Positions 59,958 to 64,000 of a stretch of DNA of 64,000 nt are shown piece after piece (the stretch's first letter is position 1; each line of letters opens with the position of its first letter). The stretch comes from Candidatus Nanohaloarchaea archaeon (GTDB lineage: Archaea > Nanohalarchaeota > Nanosalinia > Nanosalinales > Nanosalinaceae), in assembly GCA_042218075.1 (NCBI GenBank), contig JBDGRK010000003.1:50754-114753 (forward strand), read 5' to 3'. The translations under genes were made by a program, and so were the position numbers. A model generated the notes under the pieces. That model did not search any database and had not been told where the DNA came from. It saw nothing but the letters and a program-made list of their open reading frames with translations.

Positions 59958-60914
59958 ATGATAAAGAGCAGCAACGGGATAAGAATAGAGAGAAGTGGCG
60001 GAGTTGTTGCGGATGGACCAAGGAATCAGGAGGAACATCTCGTGGTTTCACACGCCCACGCAGATCACGCGGTGAAAAATGACGAAGTAATCGCCTGCTC
60101 GGAACTGACAGGTAGCATACTGGAGGAAAGGTTCGGTATAGAGGCGGAGCGAAACGTTCCGGAAAGTATTGAGCTTATCGATGCAGGTCATATACTCGGA
60201 TCGTCAGCTGTACTTGTGGAGGATGAAATTCTGTACACAGGCGATATTTCAACAAGTGAAAGGCTATACCTGGAGGGATTTAAGCCTGTAAGTGCGGAAA
60301 AACTGGTGATAGAATCGACCTACGGCATACCTAACTACACATTCCCAGAACAGGAGAAAGTGGTTGAAAGGATCAGGGAATGGATCAGGGAAAACGATAG
60401 TAGACCGCTTTTCCTGTTCGGTTACTCTCTCGGAAAGGCCCAGAAGATCCAGAAAATAGCGCAGGAGGCAACAGCCAGAGAGATAATCGCTCATGGAGCG
60501 GTCAGGAGAATGAACGAGGTCGTGGAGGCAAACACCGGACTCGAGTTCAGGGCAAAAAAGTATGGGGAGAACAAGGATCTGCTCGATAAGAATGCTATAT
60601 TTATCGGCCCATCCAGGGCCTCGAAGTCTGATTACATAGAGAAACTGGTGGAGAAACATGACGGTGTAAAGGCAGGTTTTTCCGGCTGGGCCGTGGATGA
60701 ATCATTCAGGTACCGGGGAGGTTACGACAAGACATTTCCGCTTTCGGATCACTGTGACTTCAAGGATCTAGTCGAGGTTGTGAAAAAGGTTGACCCGGAG
60801 AAGGTCTACACACACCATGGCTTCGACGAGGCATTCGCCTCCTTCCTGAAGAGAGAACTGGGATTCAACGCCCGCGCCCTGAAAAACAACCAGAGCTCTC
60901 TTGGAGATTTTTGA
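59958..60914 (+). CDS. MBL-fold beta-CASP nuclease
   Basis: SHAHADH, AGHILGS, YTGD, ESTYG, YSLGKAQ, LSDHCDF. Confidence 0.92.
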   Translation: MIKSSNGIRIERSGGVVADGPRNQEEHLVVSHAHADHAVKNDEVIACSELTGSILEERFGIEAERNVPESIELIDAGHILGSSAVLVEDEILYTGDISTSERLYLEGFKPVSAEKLVIESTYGIPNYTFPEQEKVVERIREWIRENDSRPLFLFGYSLGKAQKIQKIAQEATAREIIAHGAVRRMNEVVEANTGLEFRAKKYGENKDLLDKNAIFIGPSRASKSDYIEKLVEKHDGVKAGFSGWAVDESFRYRGGYDKTFPLSDHCDFKDLVEVVKKVDPEKVYTHHGFDEAFASFLKRELGFNARALKNNQSSLGDF

Positions 60915-60921
60915 ATTAAAA

Positions 60922-61710
60922 TTAATCTTCTCTCCTTCTCATCGCAGCGTTGAAAATAAGTACTGGATCAACATCTAATTCTATTTCTCTCTTGTCTGAT
61001 ATTTTGAGTACTCGCCTTCTCACAACACCCTCTTCAGCCGGCTGATTTCCTATTAACTGATGTTGAATGTATTCTCCATCTCCATCGACATTTAGATCAC
61101 TATCTTCTGAAATAATGCTTCTTAATGCTTCTTCATCGATTTCTTTAGCAACATCTTCAACTATTTCAGGATGGTACTTTTCAGCTTTCCATCCATCTCT
61201 GCGAATAATTTCTTCCATAACTGCTGTTGTATAAGAGAGAAATCTTTCGACTTCTTCAAAAGGCTCGTACTTTACAGTAATCTGGGGATCACTTCCCTGA
61301 ATTATCTGATTGTAAATTCCCAGTACATTTTCGAGCTTCTCAACTGCCTCATCTTCTAATCCATCAACGCTACCGAAATAGCTTTCGATAGACGTTCCAT
61401 CTGGTTTAGGGTCATCTGTTGGAAATTTAATAAGACCTTCTTCCTCATCTATTTCCGGATAGGGATATCCTTTATCTCTGCAAATTCTGGCAAGATACTC
61501 TGTATCCAGCACATCAGAAAAACCGAAAACAGGATTTTCCTCAAAGGAAAAATCTAATACATACTCTTTATTTTCATTAAACCAGTCGACACATTCAACA
61601 TTCCAGATTCCTGATACAAGATAATTTTCTCCATCATAAGGCAGAACTGTTTCGTGTTCGTGACTTATCTCCAAAGTAGAGGTAGTCGAATCCCTCACGA
61701 ATCCAGACAT
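60922..61710 (-). CDS. Hypothetical acidic orphan
   Basis: 262-aa AT-rich ORF. Confidence 0.65.
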   Translation of the reverse strand: MSGFVRDSTTSTLEISHEHETVLPYDGENYLVSGIWNVECVDWFNENKEYVLDFSFEENPVFGFSDVLDTEYLARICRDKGYPYPEIDEEEGLIKFPTDDPKPDGTSIESYFGSVDGLEDEAVEKLENVLGIYNQIIQGSDPQITVKYEPFEEVERFLSYTTAVMEEIIRRDGWKAEKYHPEIVEDVAKEIDEEALRSIISEDSDLNVDGDGEYIQHQLIGNQPAEEGVVRRRVLKISDKREIELDVDPVLIFNAAMRRRED

Positions 61711-61740
61711 GTAATTTATTTGTTACTTTAGAATTAAATA

Positions 61741-62175
61741 CTATTCCTGAAAGAAAAGAGTGTCCATCGCAGCGTCCACGAACTTTTGTCTCTTTGACCT
61801 GAAAAGAGGCTTGATCTCTTCAATAGTCCTCCGTCCATTAGAGGTTAGCTGTCTGCCGAACTCCCTCCTCGAAGAAGATATCACATCAACTCTGTCCTGG
61901 AGAACCTGGGAAATCTTCTTGCTCTGCTGCTTGCCGTGTTCATCGAAATCGGTCATGACTCCCACTCTTTCCGCACCTCTCTCCACATCCTCTGCAAGCA
62001 TCTCCAGCTTTCTCTCCGCTGAAAGAAACACCTTGCCGGTGAATCCAAGCATCTTCATCACCTTTTTGTCGCCGATTCCCTCAACAATTATGGCGTCCAG
62101 ATCCCTGTCAAGCCTGTCCACAATCGACTCAAGCTTCTTCCGCTCCCTGTATCTCTCTTCATGTCTGAAATCCAT
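61741..62175 (-). CDS. Small TOPRIM-domain protein
   Basis: IIVEG..D and MTDFDEHG. Confidence 0.85.
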   Translation of the reverse strand: MDFRHEERYRERKKLESIVDRLDRDLDAIIVEGIGDKKVMKMLGFTGKVFLSAERKLEMLAEDVERGAERVGVMTDFDEHGKQQSKKISQVLQDRVDVISSSRREFGRQLTSNGRRTIEEIKPLFRSKRQKFVDAAMDTLFFQE

Positions 62176-62209
62176 AAAATAGATTTAACTCAGGCAGAAA
62201 ATTAAATAC

Positions 62210-62812
62210 ATGACTGCTTCAAACCGGGAAATGGTCGAAAGCCTGAAGAGGCAGGGTTATATCGAGTCTGAAAACGTGGAACAAGCCTTCAGAAATGTGG
62301 ACAGGAGCAGATACGTTCCGGAAAAGCACAGTGAAGCAGCTTACGAAGATAGACCGATAAAAATCGGTAAGGGACAGACGATTTCCGCGCCGCATATGGT
62401 CGCGATTAACACTGAAATCCTTGAGCCTGAGAACTCCAGCAGGATACTTGAGGTAGGCTCGGGATCAGGCTACCAGGCAGCGATACTGTCGGAGATCGCA
62501 GAGAAGGTATTGGGCGTGGAAATAGAGGAAGAACTGGCTGAAAGATCCAGGCAAACTTTCGGAGGGAGTGGACGAGAAAACGTAGAGATTATACGAGGGG
62601 TTGGACTGGGACCGGTGAAGAGCGAGTTTGACCGCATCCTCTACTCCTGCGCGATAGATCAAGAAGAGTTTGATAGAGCCAAAAGCCACATGGAGGATGA
62701 TGGAAAACTCCTCGCTCCAGTGCATGAAAGAGGTCACCAGGTCATGAAGAGCTACCAGTCGGGAGAGACCGAGAATCACTTGAGAGTGAGGTTCGTTGAT
62801 TACAGGAGCTGA
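62210..62812 (+). CDS. pcm: Protein-L-isoaspartate O-methyltransferase
   Basis: GQTISAPHMV, ILEVGSGSGYQAA. Confidence 0.93.
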   Translation: MTASNREMVESLKRQGYIESENVEQAFRNVDRSRYVPEKHSEAAYEDRPIKIGKGQTISAPHMVAINTEILEPENSSRILEVGSGSGYQAAILSEIAEKVLGVEIEEELAERSRQTFGGSGRENVEIIRGVGLGPVKSEFDRILYSCAIDQEEFDRAKSHMEDDGKLLAPVHERGHQVMKSYQSGETENHLRVRFVDYRS

Positions 62813-64000
62813 TCAATGCCCCGACGAAACTTTCCTGCCCAGAACAGGATTAACAGAGGAGTGGTAGATGCCGTTTGCCTTGTCACGAAAGTCCTGGAAA
62901 GTCATCTTTCCCGGAATCCTGACTTCTAGATTCTCGGTTACCTCTATATCGAGCCGGAACCTTCCCGCTTTAACCTCACCAAACTCGATCCTTGAATTAA
63001 TTATACTGTTTTTCAGGGGCTCAAGCGCCTCCTCAGGTAGGTTTACCTCTATGCTGTGCCTGACATCTCCCTCTGATCTAACCACCATACCGAATTCGGA
63101 GGAGGGTGAATCCACCACTATCTTTCCATCAAAAAATTCCTTCTGCGTCCTTACCTTGGGATCGAATAGTTTTGCAATCTCTCCCGGGGAAATCACACCT
63201 GCCTTCTCAGTTATCTTATCCTCGACTTTCTCAGGTCTGATGGCATAATCTGAATCCGTCTGCTCAAAGGTATTAATGGCGGCATAATATACCTCAGGTT
63301 CTTCATCAACCAGCTTCCTTATTTCACCGGCTTTATCGTCCACGCCTCTAACAGCGCTCCAGGAATAGGGAATATCGAAGAGGAAGCAGACGTCCCGCTC
63401 CTGGTGACGCAGGATTACATCTACTGGCAGTTCGTTTTCCAGGGAATCAAACGGCGCCTCCTCCAGCTCGAATCCAATATATTTTCCACAGATTTCCTCC
63501 AGGAGTTTTTTCCCCTCCGAATAGCTTCTCTCGTAGGGCCTGAGTGAGCGGAACAGCAACCTGGCCTGGCTCTGCGAAAGCTCCTGACGCTGCATCATCT
63601 TGGATATATCTCTGACAACTCTTTCGGTCTCGGTGTAAACCAGCTCTTTCTGCAGAAACTGGTGGAGTGAACTGAAACCTACAGATTCAAATTTTTCAAT
63701 CCTTGCCTCTTTAGAAGTTATGAATATGCCCCTGAAACAGTACTCGGAGATCTCGGAAATATTCAGGCCGGCGTCGATAGGGTTTGACTTCAGCATGTCA
63801 ATATATCTTTCCATCCTTTCTTGATCTTTATCGCCTATCTCAGCTTTCTTCTTTGCATCCATCACCCATATCTCTTTCTTCCCATCCCTTGAAATCCTCG
63901 CGAAACAGTCGGGTCTGGAGTCATCGCTGAGGCTTCCGATCCTCTCAAAGTAATCGAAGTAACCTTCATACTGCTTCAGAACATCGAGTACATCCCTCTG
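62813..64000 (-). CDS. PD-(D/E)xK nuclease-fold protein, 5'-truncated by window edge
   Basis: Frame is open to 64000; upstream part reads SRPDCFARI...IWVMDAKK. Confidence 0.65.
   Translation of the reverse strand, partial: QRDVLDVLKQYEGYFDYFERIGSLSDDSRPDCFARISRDGKKEIWVMDAKKKAEIGDKDQERMERYIDMLKSNPIDAGLNISEISEYCFRGIFITSKEARIEKFESVGFSSLHQFLQKELVYTETERVVRDISKMMQRQELSQSQARLLFRSLRPYERSYSEGKKLLEEICGKYIGFELEEAPFDSLENELPVDVILRHQERDVCFLFDIPYSWSAVRGVDDKAGEIRKLVDEEPEVYYAAINTFEQTDSDYAIRPEKVEDKITEKAGVISPGEIAKLFDPKVRTQKEFFDGKIVVDSPSSEFGMVVRSEGDVRHSIEVNLPEEALEPLKNSIINSRIEFGEVKAGRFRLDIEVTENLEVRIPGKMTFQDFRDKANGIYHSSVNPVLGRKVSSGH

Overview
A 64-kb, gene-dense archaeal chromosome segment with a very acidic (D/E-rich) proteome and moderate GC, most consistent with a DPANN Nanohaloarchaeon (inference). 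Core genes include a complete A-type ATP synthase operon (H-I-K-E-C-F-A-B-D), trm1, tfb, nob1, histone, aIF5A, cca, adkA, elp3, sppA, a TrmB regulator, DNA ligase, rpl15e, rpl40e, uppP, nfo, a PINA-type ATPase, nrdR plus an intein-bearing nrdJ, csaA and pcm. There are two intron-containing tRNA genes (Thr-GGT, Trp-CCA). AT-richer orphan genes are interleaved throughout, three of them inside the ATP synthase operon. Most striking: (1) at 52.9-55.3 kb, unrelated accessory genes are each separated by a copy of a tRNA-3'-end-plus-trailer repeat with no parent tRNA or integrase nearby, like a cassette array; (2) one short hairpin element family sits in both tRNA introns and in tRNA-end remnants; (3) the tRNA-Trp intron C/D guides appear in swapped order; (4) an unannotated 37-40 aa zinc-finger microprotein occurs twice with a conserved upstream region, once coupled to a PD-(D/E)xK nuclease. 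All calls come from reading the sequence; no database searches were run.
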